From: an uncultured Kiloniellales bacterium
Lineage (GTDB): Bacteria > Actinomycetota > Acidimicrobiia > Spongiisociales > UBA5794
DNA: 64,000 nucleotides
NCBI GenBank assembly: GCA_964195155.1
Contig: CAXMOP010000045.1
Coordinates: 23,636 to 87,635, forward strand
Reading direction: 5' to 3'
Part shown: positions 46,978-55,862 of the stretch, one piece after another
Layout of the letters: each line of letters opens with the position of its first letter
Position numbering within the stretch: position 1 is the stretch's first letter
The notes under the pieces: generated by a model
Told to the model about the DNA's origin: nothing
Seen by the model: only the letters and a program-made list of their open reading frames with translations
Databases searched by the model: none
Made by a program: the position numbers and the translations under genes

Positions 46978-47709
46978 ATGTCGGTCGCGGAGAGCGCCCC
47001 GCCGGTACAGGCGCGCGGTTCCTGGCCGCAGCCCATCAGGCTTCGACGCGGCTGGGCAAAGGGTGAGGCGCGGCGATGGAACGATGCAACACCCGACGCC
47101 ACCTTCCGTCTCGTCCGGGGCAGCAGAACCTTCTTGGACGCCTGCACCGAATACCTGCTTGGAATCGGCGCCCCATCCGTGCTGTCGCCGCCGCTGCCTC
47201 GTTCGTCGTCCGAGGCCTGGAAGTCGGTCGGGTATCGCGAGTTCGTCTCCCTCGCCCTCATGCGGGCCGAGCTCATTCGCCGGCCGGCAGCGCCAGACCA
47301 TGGTATCGCCAGCGGCGATGTCGACCTCGACCTGCTGTTGAGCATCGATCGGGCGGCGTTCGACGATTTCTGGCAATTCGACGAGTTCGGGCTTCGAGAA
47401 GCGATCGACGCAACATCAACGAAGGTGACACTGACAATCACTGGACCGGACGGGGTCCCGATTGCCTACGCCGTGGTCGGTCTCGGACAAGCCATCTCGT
47501 ATCTCCAGCGCCTCGCGGTGCACCCCGACTTCCAGGGAGCCGGGATGGGGCGGTCGTTGGTACGGGCTGCGCTCCGGGCGGCGCTTGGCGCGGGAGCGAG
47601 GGCGATGGTGCTCAACACCCAGCAAGACAATCAAGCAGCGATCGCCCTGTACCGCTCTGAGGGCTTCGTCGTCCAGCCCGACGGACTCGCCGTGCTGCGC
47701 AGGGAGTGA
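46978..47709 (+). CDS. GNAT family N-acetyltransferase
   Basis: LAVHPDFQGAGMGRSLVRAAL, acetyl-CoA binding motif A. Confidence 0.55.
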   Translation: MSVAESAPPVQARGSWPQPIRLRRGWAKGEARRWNDATPDATFRLVRGSRTFLDACTEYLLGIGAPSVLSPPLPRSSSEAWKSVGYREFVSLALMRAELIRRPAAPDHGIASGDVDLDLLLSIDRAAFDDFWQFDEFGLREAIDATSTKVTLTITGPDGVPIAYAVVGLGQAISYLQRLAVHPDFQGAGMGRSLVRAALRAALGAGARAMVLNTQQDNQAAIALYRSEGFVVQPDGLAVLRRE

Positions 47710-47715
47710 GCCGCC

Positions 47716-49002
47716 GTGCCCCCACGCCTCCCTGAGCGGTATCGGCTGAACGTACGTCTTGGCGCCGACGGTGACGTAGAAGAGTGGCTGGCCACCGACG
47801 AGCACCTGGAGCGGCCTGTGCTCATTCGCTTTCCGGGCCCGGCCGGATCCCGCAAGCGGATGGAGCAATTCTTGGCGTCGGTACGAGCAGCAGCGGCCAC
47901 CAATCATGCCCACGTCCAGACCGTGTTCGCCGCTGGTGAGCTCCACGGCTCGGCTTTCGCGGTATCCGAGTGGGATGGCGCGGTGACCGTCGCCGACCGT
48001 CTCCGGGCCGGTGAGACCATTCCGGTGAGCGAATACCTGCCCAATGCAGCCGGACTCGCCGAGGGCCTGGGCGCGTTCCACGCAAAGGGCGGGATACATG
48101 GGTCGATCGACACCTCGGCGATCCACTTCTCGGCAGCGCATCCGGCGCGCCTTGCCGGCTTCGGGCGAATTCCGACCACGACCAGCCAGGAAGATGACAC
48201 GGTGGCACTGGCCAACGTGTTGCGCACCGCCATCACCGGCAGCGAAAACCCCTGGGTTCAGCCCTCCCAGGTCGCTGAAGGGCTACCGCGGGCAGTGGAT
48301 GAGGCGTTGACCGCCGCAGCGGCAGGAGGCGCCGGCGCCGCCGGGCTCGCCGACTCGCTGCGAACGATCCCGTACTCGCCCAAGCCGGAGCCGACAACCT
48401 CATGGTCGCCACGCGGGCTGATCGTCTTTGCCGGAATCGTCGCCGCCATCCTCGCCGTCGCCGCGCTCGGTCTTGCCGTCGATATCGACCCCGACTCGGC
48501 GTTCCTGTATCCGGCCGCGCCGGCGGAAACCCCGACCCCCGCACCGGACACCACCATCCCGGTCGTCGAGGATCCGGTCAACGAGTCGATCAGCGCCTCG
48601 GCTACCGCATTTGATCCGCTCGGCGACGGCGCCGAAAACGACGGAGACGCTGCTGCTTCCATCGACGGAGACCAATCGACCAACTGGGAGACCGAGCGAT
48701 ACCCGGATCCCATTTCCACCACCAAGACCGGTGTCGGTCTGATCCTCACTGCTGAAGGGCCCATCTCGGTGATCGAGATCACCGGCTCGCCCGGTACCCG
48801 ATACTCGATCGGCTGGGCGAGCGAACATCTCCCAACCCCGGACGAATGGCAGATGGTCGGCACCGGGACGCTGCTCACCGGCACCACGCGTCATCAGGTA
48901 CCAAAGAGCCAAGGCGTGTGGCTTTTGTGGCTGACCAGCTTGCCCGAGCAACCGGACGGGACCTTTGCAGCGCGAATCTCCAACGTCTCAATGATTCCGT
49001 AG
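47716..49002 (+). CDS. Protein kinase-like (probable pseudokinase) membrane protein with extracellular C-terminal domain
   Basis: Degenerate kinase fold (HAKGGIHGSIDTSAIHF replaces HRDLKPxN; no GxGxxG). One TM (LIVFAGIVAAILAVAALGLAV). ~190-aa extracytoplasmic domain. GTG start. Confidence 0.5.
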   Translation: MPPRLPERYRLNVRLGADGDVEEWLATDEHLERPVLIRFPGPAGSRKRMEQFLASVRAAAATNHAHVQTVFAAGELHGSAFAVSEWDGAVTVADRLRAGETIPVSEYLPNAAGLAEGLGAFHAKGGIHGSIDTSAIHFSAAHPARLAGFGRIPTTTSQEDDTVALANVLRTAITGSENPWVQPSQVAEGLPRAVDEALTAAAAGGAGAAGLADSLRTIPYSPKPEPTTSWSPRGLIVFAGIVAAILAVAALGLAVDIDPDSAFLYPAAPAETPTPAPDTTIPVVEDPVNESISASATAFDPLGDGAENDGDAAASIDGDQSTNWETERYPDPISTTKTGVGLILTAEGPISVIEITGSPGTRYSIGWASEHLPTPDEWQMVGTGTLLTGTTRHQVPKSQGVWLLWLTSLPEQPDGTFAARISNVSMIP

Positions 49003-49012
49003 CATCCCCACA

Positions 49013-49588
49013 ATGACCGGCCGAGCCGAAGAAGACCGAGCGCTCATCCGTCGCTATCTGGGTGGCGACGTAGATGCCTTTGAGACGCTCATGGCGGCGC
49101 ATGAGCAGCGCGTTTTCTCGATCTGTCTGCGCATGTTGCGGGATCGCAACGCCGCGCTCGATGCCACTCAGGACACCTTCCTGACCGTGTTTCGCAAGGC
49201 GGATCGCTACAAGGAGCAAGCCGCCTTCAGCACCTGGCTGTATCGGGTGACCGTCAACACGTGTTACGACCACCTCAGACGCGAGAAGCGGAAACGCACC
49301 GAGCCGATGCCTGAGCACTTCGACCCGGATGATCCGCGCAGTGGCGACCCGCTCCACGCGGTCGAGTTGCGGCCCGACATCGAGGAGGCCCTCGAGCGCA
49401 TTCCACCCGAGTTCCGTGCCGCCACGATCCTGGTCGATCTCGCAGGGATGTCGCTAGAAGGGGCCGCCGATACCCTTGAGATCCCGATCGGCACGGTGAA
49501 GAGCCGGGTGTTCCGCGCCAGACGGCTGCTTGCAGAAGAGCTCGGGAACCTTGGCCCGCCTAAGAAGCATCTAAGAGAAGAGCCATGA
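49013..49588 (+). CDS. ECF RNA polymerase sigma factor (SigM-like by synteny)
   Basis: Region 2 FLTVFRKADRYKEQAAFSTWLYRVTVNTCYDHLRR. Region 4 near the C-terminus. Confidence 0.85.
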   Translation: MTGRAEEDRALIRRYLGGDVDAFETLMAAHEQRVFSICLRMLRDRNAALDATQDTFLTVFRKADRYKEQAAFSTWLYRVTVNTCYDHLRREKRKRTEPMPEHFDPDDPRSGDPLHAVELRPDIEEALERIPPEFRAATILVDLAGMSLEGAADTLEIPIGTVKSRVFRARRLLAEELGNLGPPKKHLREEP

Positions 49589-50430
49589 ACGACAACGACA
49601 TCGACCTCATCACATCGCTGATCGGCGGGGAACTCCCGGAGTCAGAGGCGGCAGCTGCGATCGCTCGCATCGGGTCCGACCCTGAACTCCGGGCGGCCCA
49701 CGACGAGCAGGTCGGAGTCGCCTCGATGCTCGGTTCCGCTCCCGTGGTCGCGATGACCGCGGAGGAGACTGCCTCGCTGCACGGATCGCTACGCACCGAG
49801 CTCCAGCTCGACGATCAGCCGGCGGCCGTGGCTGCGGCAGCGTCCGGCTGGAGCCGATGGTGGGCGCCAATGACCGGCCTCGCGGTAGCGGCAGTCGTGA
49901 TCTTCGCCATTGCCGTCCTGCCCGATGCACTCGACGGAACCGATTCTGCTGAGGTGGTGAGCGCACCTCCTCCAGAGACCACGGCGCCCGCATCCGAGCT
50001 GGATACACAGAGCACCGGCGGTGCGCTGGTCCAGCCCGAGGACGACAACACAAGCGACGCCTTTACGACCACTACCGCGGCCAGCGAGTCCGCGGCCGTC
50101 GAGGAGTTGGAGGATGCGACGATGTCGCAATACTTCATGGTGCCTCAAGCCGCACGAGCAAGCGAGCTCGAGCTGCCGATCCTCGAAGAGACTGCGGTTG
50201 CCGCCTCCGGCTTCGACAGCGCGCTAGGCCTGGCAACCGAATCGGCGAGGGTCAACGTCGCTGCGCTCACGGCGTGCTTTCCCGGCGGCGCTGCGGGCAG
50301 CGCACTCGACCCCATTGGGGTTACCCCGGATCTTTCTGTGGTGTACGCAATCGCAACCGACATCGAAACCGGATTCGAAACATCGGTAACGATCGACTTG
50401 TCTAGCTGTGAAATAGCAGAAGCCGGCTGA
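49585..50430 (+). CDS. Putative anti-sigma factor (membrane, Ala-rich)
   Basis: ATGA overlap with the sigma gene. Single TM (GLAVAAVVIFAIAVL). Confidence 0.5.
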   Translation: MNDNDIDLITSLIGGELPESEAAAAIARIGSDPELRAAHDEQVGVASMLGSAPVVAMTAEETASLHGSLRTELQLDDQPAAVAAAASGWSRWWAPMTGLAVAAVVIFAIAVLPDALDGTDSAEVVSAPPPETTAPASELDTQSTGGALVQPEDDNTSDAFTTTTAASESAAVEELEDATMSQYFMVPQAARASELELPILEETAVAASGFDSALGLATESARVNVAALTACFPGGAAGSALDPIGVTPDLSVVYAIATDIETGFETSVTIDLSSCEIAEAG

Positions 50431-50458
50431 ATCGCACGGCTGACTAACCTCGCCCTCC

Positions 50459-50764
50459 ATGACCGATCGCGATCCAGACTATCCGACCCAGATCGCCGAG
50501 TTCCTGGAAGAGCTGGCGGTCAAGATCCGCTCGATGACGGTTGATCGGGCCGAGAGCGCGGTCACGTGGACCGCCCTGGGAATCATGTTGGCGATCATCT
50601 TGCTCCTGGGCATCATCTGGCTGCTCGTCGGCTTCTTCCGGGCGTTCGGAGCGCTCGTCGGCCAGGAAGTCGCCTACGCGATCACCGGGGGCATATTGAT
50701 CGTCGTGGGTGCGTTGCTATGGATGCGTAGATTCCCTGCCGACGACGCCGGGAGCGAGGAATGA
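50459..50764 (+). CDS. Hypothetical small membrane protein
   Basis: Two TM helices. Overlaps the trxB start (ATGA). Confidence 0.4.
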   Translation: MTDRDPDYPTQIAEFLEELAVKIRSMTVDRAESAVTWTALGIMLAIILLLGIIWLLVGFFRAFGALVGQEVAYAITGGILIVVGALLWMRRFPADDAGSEE

Positions 50765-51684
50765 CCGAGAAGATTCTGATCATCGGATCCGGGCCCGCAG
50801 GGCTTACCGCAGCGATCTATGCGGCGCGTGCCGACCTCGCCCCACTGATGATCGAGGGCTATGAACGCGGCGGACAGCTCATGCTGACGACCGACGTCGA
50901 GAACTACCCCGGATTCCCCGACGGCATCATGGGTCCCGACCTGATCGAGTCGTTCCGCAAGCAGGCTGAGCGATTCGGAACCAGGATCATCTCGTCAGAC
51001 GTCACGAGGGTCGACCTCTCGGAACGCCCGTTCAAAGTGTGGGTCGGCGAGGACCCCTACGAGGCGGAGACACTGATCGTTTCCACCGGGGCAGCGGCCC
51101 GCTGGCTCGATGTTCCCGGTGAGACACGGCTCCGCGGTTACGGCGTTTCCGCATGCGCAACGTGCGACGGGTTCTTCTTCCGCGACAAGACGCTTGCGGT
51201 CATCGGCGGCGGCGACAGCGCGATGGAAGAGGCGATCTTCCTGACCAAGTTCGCCAGCAAGGTGACAATCATCCACCGGCGAGATCAATTCCGGGCGTCG
51301 AAGATCATGTCGCAGCGGGCGATCGACCACGAGAAAATCGAGGTGATGTGGAACTCCGCGGTCGAGGAGGTACTCGGTGACGACCTGGTGACCGGGGTCC
51401 GAGTCAGGAACGTGGAGACGGATGAGGAGTCCACGCTCGACGTCGATGGTGTCTTCCTCGCTATCGGCCACGATCCGAATACGGGTGTCTTTCGAGACCA
51501 GCTCGAGTTGGACAAAGCCGGCTATATCGTCACCGATCCCGACACGACCATGACCTCGGTGGAAGGCGTGTTCGCCGCCGGCGATGTGGTCGATCACGTA
51601 TATCAACAGGCGGTAACTGCAGCCGGACAAGGGTGCGAGGCCGCGCTCGACGCCGAGCGTTGGTTGGAATCCAGGGAAATTTGA
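50761..51684 (+). CDS. trxB: Thioredoxin-disulfide reductase
   Basis: IIGSGPAGLTAAIYAAR, redox CATCDGFFF, NADPH site GGGDSAMEEA. Confidence 0.9.
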   Translation: MTEKILIIGSGPAGLTAAIYAARADLAPLMIEGYERGGQLMLTTDVENYPGFPDGIMGPDLIESFRKQAERFGTRIISSDVTRVDLSERPFKVWVGEDPYEAETLIVSTGAAARWLDVPGETRLRGYGVSACATCDGFFFRDKTLAVIGGGDSAMEEAIFLTKFASKVTIIHRRDQFRASKIMSQRAIDHEKIEVMWNSAVEEVLGDDLVTGVRVRNVETDEESTLDVDGVFLAIGHDPNTGVFRDQLELDKAGYIVTDPDTTMTSVEGVFAAGDVVDHVYQQAVTAAGQGCEAALDAERWLESREI

Positions 51685-51735
51685 TAGGCCGATTGCGGTT
51701 GCAGTAGGACCGGCCGCCAACAAGGAGGAACCCGA

Positions 51736-52062
51736 ATGGGCCAGAACACGACCGAAGCCACCGATGCCACCCTCGCGGGGCTCGTCGCCGAATCCACCCC
51801 CACCCTGGTGGACTTCTGGGCGGAGTGGTGCGGACCGTGCAAGATGATGGAAGGACCGCTCGACGAACTCGCCGGAGAACAGGCGGGAAAGCTGAACGTC
51901 TTGAAGCTCAACGTCGACGAAAACCAGTCGACCGCGATGGAATATGGTGTGATGAGCATCCCGACCATGATCGTGTTCCAGGACGGCCAGGAAAAAAAGC
52001 GCCTCGTAGGAGCCCGCAGCCGCAGCCAACTCGAATCCGAGCTGTCTGAGTTCGTTGGCTAG
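51736..52062 (+). CDS. trxA: Thioredoxin
   Basis: WAEWCGPCKMM active site. Confidence 0.9.
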   Translation: MGQNTTEATDATLAGLVAESTPTLVDFWAEWCGPCKMMEGPLDELAGEQAGKLNVLKLNVDENQSTAMEYGVMSIPTMIVFQDGQEKKRLVGARSRSQLESELSEFVG

Positions 52063-52117
52063 CTTTCTCGCAGCCAGCTTTCTCGTGCCGACGTCCCCCG
52101 GTGGCTAACTTCACGGT

Positions 52118-53092
52118 GTGAGGCAGTACCACGTTGGAGACCGCGGCGAGCCGATTCGCGACATCCAGCACCGTCTCAACCTCCTCGGCCACGACACCGA
52201 CCCGGATCCGCTGGGGACCTTCGGCGACGGGACCGGGCACGCCGTCACCGACTTCCAGCGGTCTCGTGGCATCCATGCCGACGGGATCGTCGGCGACCAT
52301 ACCTGGCAATCCCTGGTAGACGCCGGCTACGGCCTCGGTGACCGGATGCTCTACCGGCGTGTGCCGCTGATGCGCGGTGACGATATCTCCGCATTGCAGC
52401 AGGCGTTGAACTCGCTCGGTTTCGACGCCGGCAAGGTCGATGGGTTGTTCGGGCCGGAATCCCTTGCCGCAGTTCTGGACTTTCAACACAACCGTGGCAT
52501 GGCAGAGGACGGGATCGTGGGCACCGCCGTCGCCGCGGAGCTGACGCTGATGCAGCGAGAGACCTCGAAGCGGGGTCGGGAGGCGGTGCGGGAACAGGCC
52601 TGGATTGCGTCGCTCCCCCAACCGATCGCCGGTGCTCGCGTCTATCTCGACCCGGCGTGGGACGACCAGGGAGCCGCAGGGATCTGGGAGACCGCCATGG
52701 CCGCAGCCGGCGCCCTTCGCCGCGCCGGCGCCATGCCGCTGTTGTCGCGCAGCATCGACACCTACCCCGACGAACATGTCCGCGCCAGGCGGGCGAACCG
52801 ACTTGATGCCGATCTCGTGGCTTCGTTCGAAATAGCCAAGTCTTCCGATGCGGGCGTTTTCTACTTCGGAACCGACCGATCCTCGAGCCCGGCGGGACGG
52901 CTCCTCGCCGAATCACTCGGTCGCCGACTCGACATGAGCGTGGAAGCGAGAGCGACGCCGATCCTCCGCGAAACCCGTTCGCCCGCAGTGGTCGTCGCCG
53001 TTGCGCGGGCAACCGAGGAGGCCGGGATCGTGCTGGCCGAGGTGATCGAACAGCTCTACCTGCACGGGGTCCCTGAGCGGCTCCGTAAATAG
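52118..53092 (+). CDS. cwlM: N-acetylmuramoyl-L-alanine amidase (CwlM-like; two PG-binding domains + amidase_3)
   Basis: Two PG_binding_1 repeats (VTDFQRSRGIHADGIVGDHTW and VLDFQHNRGMAEDGIVG). The C-terminus is amidase_3-like. Synteny with trxBA. Confidence 0.7.
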   Translation: MRQYHVGDRGEPIRDIQHRLNLLGHDTDPDPLGTFGDGTGHAVTDFQRSRGIHADGIVGDHTWQSLVDAGYGLGDRMLYRRVPLMRGDDISALQQALNSLGFDAGKVDGLFGPESLAAVLDFQHNRGMAEDGIVGTAVAAELTLMQRETSKRGREAVREQAWIASLPQPIAGARVYLDPAWDDQGAAGIWETAMAAAGALRRAGAMPLLSRSIDTYPDEHVRARRANRLDADLVASFEIAKSSDAGVFYFGTDRSSSPAGRLLAESLGRRLDMSVEARATPILRETRSPAVVVAVARATEEAGIVLAEVIEQLYLHGVPERLRK

Positions 53093-53233
53093 GGGGCGAT
53101 GCGCTCGCCGCAGGTGGTGCATTTGCTGAGCCGGGGCCCGAGCGGCCTGCGCCATGTTTGTTGGGCGGCTCGCCGGGGCTCGCCGCCTGACTGCGTGATC
53201 GCGACAGAGCTAGTCGAAAGCAATTCAGTCGGG

Positions 53234-53260
53234 CTCGCGACTCGCGACTCGCGACTCTCG
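53234..53260. repeat. Heptamer tandem repeat (CTCGCGA)x3 in the cwlM-parB convergent intergenic, flanked by ~27-bp direct repeats at 53124-53150 and 53264-53290
   Basis: gggctcgcgactcgcgactcgcgactctcg. The direct repeats are tgctgagccggggcccgagcggcctgc and tgcctgagcccgggcccgagcggcctgc. Confidence 0.7.
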
Positions 53261-53356
53261 TGTTGCCTGAGCCCGGGCCCGAGCGGCCTGCCACGAAGTG
53301 GCAAGAGCGGGAAACGAAACCGCTGGTTCACCACCTTCGAGACGACGGGCACCCTC

Positions 53357-54205
53357 TCAGGAGAACAACGCCCGATAGATCTGCTCGAGGTCATCGAGTG
53401 ACGAGTAGCGGATCATCAACCGCCCGCCTGCCCCCTTCGGCTTGATCACAACCGTCGTCCCCAACCGCTCCGACAGCCGCTCTTCCAGCTCGATGATTGC
53501 CGCCGGCCGCATGTCGGGCGTCTTGCGAGTCGACCGCGTTGTGACACCCTCCTTGGCGGCCTCTTCCACCAAGCGCACCGACCAGCCCTCATCGACGGCC
53601 TGCCTGGCAATCGCAAGCGCCTGGGCCGGATCCTCCACCGAGAGGAGGGCCCTGGCGTGTCCTGCCGAGAGCTCACCGCGGTCGAGCATGCCCTGAATCG
53701 CCGGCGGCAACTGGAGTAACCGCAGGGTATTGGTGACCGAGCTCCGGCTCTTCGCCACCCGTTCGGCGACTCCCTCGTGAGTCATGCCAAAATCTTCCAG
53801 GAGGTTTCGATATGCGGCGGCCTCCTCGAGCGGTGACAAGTCGGTGCGCTGCAGATTCTCGATCAGTGCCTCGGTGAGGTTTCCCGCGTCGTCGGCCGAC
53901 GTTCGGATCACTGCCGGCACTCGACGCAGACCGGCGAGCCCCGCGGCGCGCAGCCGCCGCTCGCCGGCTACCAACACGTAGGTGCCCTCGCCATCTCCGG
54001 CGCGCACGACAATGGGCTGCAGGACCCCGACCTCCCGGATTGAAGCGGCGAGCTCCTCCAACCCGTCCTGATCGAACCGGCGACGAGGCTGCTGTGGATT
54101 TGGCGAAACCGATTCCAGGTCGACCTCGGCGAAGCCGCCCACGGGATGGTCAACCGGGATCAGCGCATCGAGGCCGCGGCCCAGCCCGCTCTTACGTGCG
54201 GCCAT
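53357..54205 (-). CDS. parB: Chromosome partitioning protein ParB
   Basis: GERRLRAA ParB box, HTH region, N-terminal GLGRGLDALI. Confidence 0.9.
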   Translation of the reverse strand: MAARKSGLGRGLDALIPVDHPVGGFAEVDLESVSPNPQQPRRRFDQDGLEELAASIREVGVLQPIVVRAGDGEGTYVLVAGERRLRAAGLAGLRRVPAVIRTSADDAGNLTEALIENLQRTDLSPLEEAAAYRNLLEDFGMTHEGVAERVAKSRSSVTNTLRLLQLPPAIQGMLDRGELSAGHARALLSVEDPAQALAIARQAVDEGWSVRLVEEAAKEGVTTRSTRKTPDMRPAAIIELEERLSERLGTTVVIKPKGAGGRLMIRYSSLDDLEQIYRALFS

Positions 54206-54980
54206 GGCGCCTCCGGAATTCGCTCGCCAACTCCCGGTAGGCGATTGCCCCGCGATTCATGCGGTCATAAGCCTCGATCGGCTCACCGTGGGAGGGCGCC
54301 TCCGACAGACGAACCGTTCGCGGGATCACGGTTCTGTAGGCCGTCTTGCCGAAGTGATCGCGGACCTCGCTCGTCACCTGTTTCGAGAGCGTGGTGCGGC
54401 CATCGAACATCGTCAGCACCACACCTTCGACGTCTAGTTGAGGGTTAAGGCTGCTCTGCACCAGATGGATGTTCCGTATCAGCTGGCCCACCCCTTCAAG
54501 TGCGTAGTACTCGCATTGGATCGGGATGAACACCTCGTCGGCAGCCGTCAGGGCGTTGATGGTGAGCAAACCCAACGAAGGCGGGCAGTCAATGAGGATG
54601 TAGTCGTACTCCGCAACAACGGACTTCAGTGCATTCGCCAGCCGATGCTCGCGAGAAAACATCGACACCAGCTCGATTTCAGCACCAGCCAGCTCGATCG
54701 TTGCCGGGATGACAAAGAGCCCCCCAACCGATGACGGCTCCACGACGTCTTCGGTTGCGATCTCGTCAACCATGAGATCGTAGGTCGAGAGCTCAATTGC
54801 CGAGCGGTCGACACCGAGCCCGCTCGTGGTATTGCCCTGCGGGTCGAGGTCCACGAGAAGGACGCGTTCGCCTTGAAGGGCCAAGCCGGCACCCAGGTTG
54901 ATTGCGGTGGTCGATTTCCCGACGCCACCCTTCTGATTGGCTATGGCGACGATGGTTGCGGCGGACTTGGCGATGCTCAA
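54192..54980 (-). CDS. parA: Chromosome partitioning ATPase ParA
   Basis: Deviant Walker A IANQKGGVGKSTTAINL. Confidence 0.9.
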   Translation of the reverse strand: MSIAKSAATIVAIANQKGGVGKSTTAINLGAGLALQGERVLLVDLDPQGNTTSGLGVDRSAIELSTYDLMVDEIATEDVVEPSSVGGLFVIPATIELAGAEIELVSMFSREHRLANALKSVVAEYDYILIDCPPSLGLLTINALTAADEVFIPIQCEYYALEGVGQLIRNIHLVQSSLNPQLDVEGVVLTMFDGRTTLSKQVTSEVRDHFGKTAYRTVIPRTVRLSEAPSHGEPIEAYDRMNRGAIAYRELASEFRRRHGRT

Positions 54981-54986
54981 ACCCTT

Positions 54987-55619
54987 TCAGCGTACGGTCA
55001 TCCTAAGGTGCCAGGCCGCTGAGTCAAGTACTCCCTCGTTCGTCCTGAGGATCTCGATGACGGTGTCTGGTATGGGATCGGGGATGGTAGGTCGACTCGG
55101 TCCGCGGCGGAGACCGATCACCGCCACACCCCCTGGCTCCAGCAGCCGCGCCGCGACCGCCATGGCCCGATCGGCCGGGTAGCTGGCGCGAAACACTGCC
55201 GCCGCATAGCGCTCTTCATGGTGGTCGGCATCCTCGATGACCACCGACACCTCTTTGAGGGCAAGGATTCTGATGGCGCGGTGCGCAAGATCGGCCCGAC
55301 GCTGTGAGCGGTCCAGCAAGGTCACCACGGTCCCCGGTTCAGCGATTGCCAGCGGGATACCCGGCAATCCGACGCCGGATCCAACATCGATCAAGCTTGC
55401 CGGAGCATCGAGCCATCCGGAGGCAAATACCAGCGAGTCGGCGAGGTGGCGGTCGAAGATCCGCTCGGCTTCATTGGGACCCATAGCACCGGCGGGAATC
55501 GCTTCCTCGATCAGCCAATCTGCGTAGGCGACCAGGGTCGCCAGCTGCTGGGTATCGAGGCTGTTGCCGGCCCATTCCGCAGCCCGGTGCAGGGTGTCGG
55601 CGTGTACTGAATCGTCCAT
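54987..55619 (-). CDS. rsmG: 16S rRNA (guanine527-N7)-methyltransferase RsmG (GidB)
   Basis: SAM-binding LIDVGSGVGLPGIPLAIA. The start is trimmed to the internal MDDSV so the parS-like site at 55678-55693 stays intergenic. Confidence 0.75.
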   Translation of the reverse strand: MDDSVHADTLHRAAEWAGNSLDTQQLATLVAYADWLIEEAIPAGAMGPNEAERIFDRHLADSLVFASGWLDAPASLIDVGSGVGLPGIPLAIAEPGTVVTLLDRSQRRADLAHRAIRILALKEVSVVIEDADHHEERYAAAVFRASYPADRAMAVAARLLEPGGVAVIGLRRGPSRPTIPDPIPDTVIEILRTNEGVLDSAAWHLRMTVR

Positions 55620-55677
55620 TTCGCTTCCGATCACTTTCGAGTGACCGACTCCTCGCCGGCCCCTCGATCTCGGAAAA

Positions 55678-55693
55678 TGTTTCACGGGAAACA
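55678..55693. promoter_or_regulatory. parS-like centromere site (TGTTTCACGGGAAACA; 15/16 match to actinobacterial parS TGTTTCACGTGAAACA)
   Basis: Seen directly. It is palindromic apart from the central position and lies upstream of rsmG-parAB. Confidence 0.6.
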
Positions 55694-55862
55694 TGTCCCG
55701 TGCCCAAACGGTCGGTGTTCCGGCCCCCAGCCGTTGTTTCGCAGGTGATCGGCGGCGGGGTCCCGTGAGCTTCGACGATCGCAGAGTAGTTGCGGATCGT
55801 CTGCCGAGACGGGCCTTGGTGCCCCCGACCGCGGGAAGGGGGCCATCAGCGCATAGCGCTGG

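Noticed and set aside
52245-53294. 349-aa minus-strand ORF opposite cwlM
   Set aside because: It is Arg/Pro/Ser-rich antisense translation. The plus strand encodes PG-binding repeats and an amidase.
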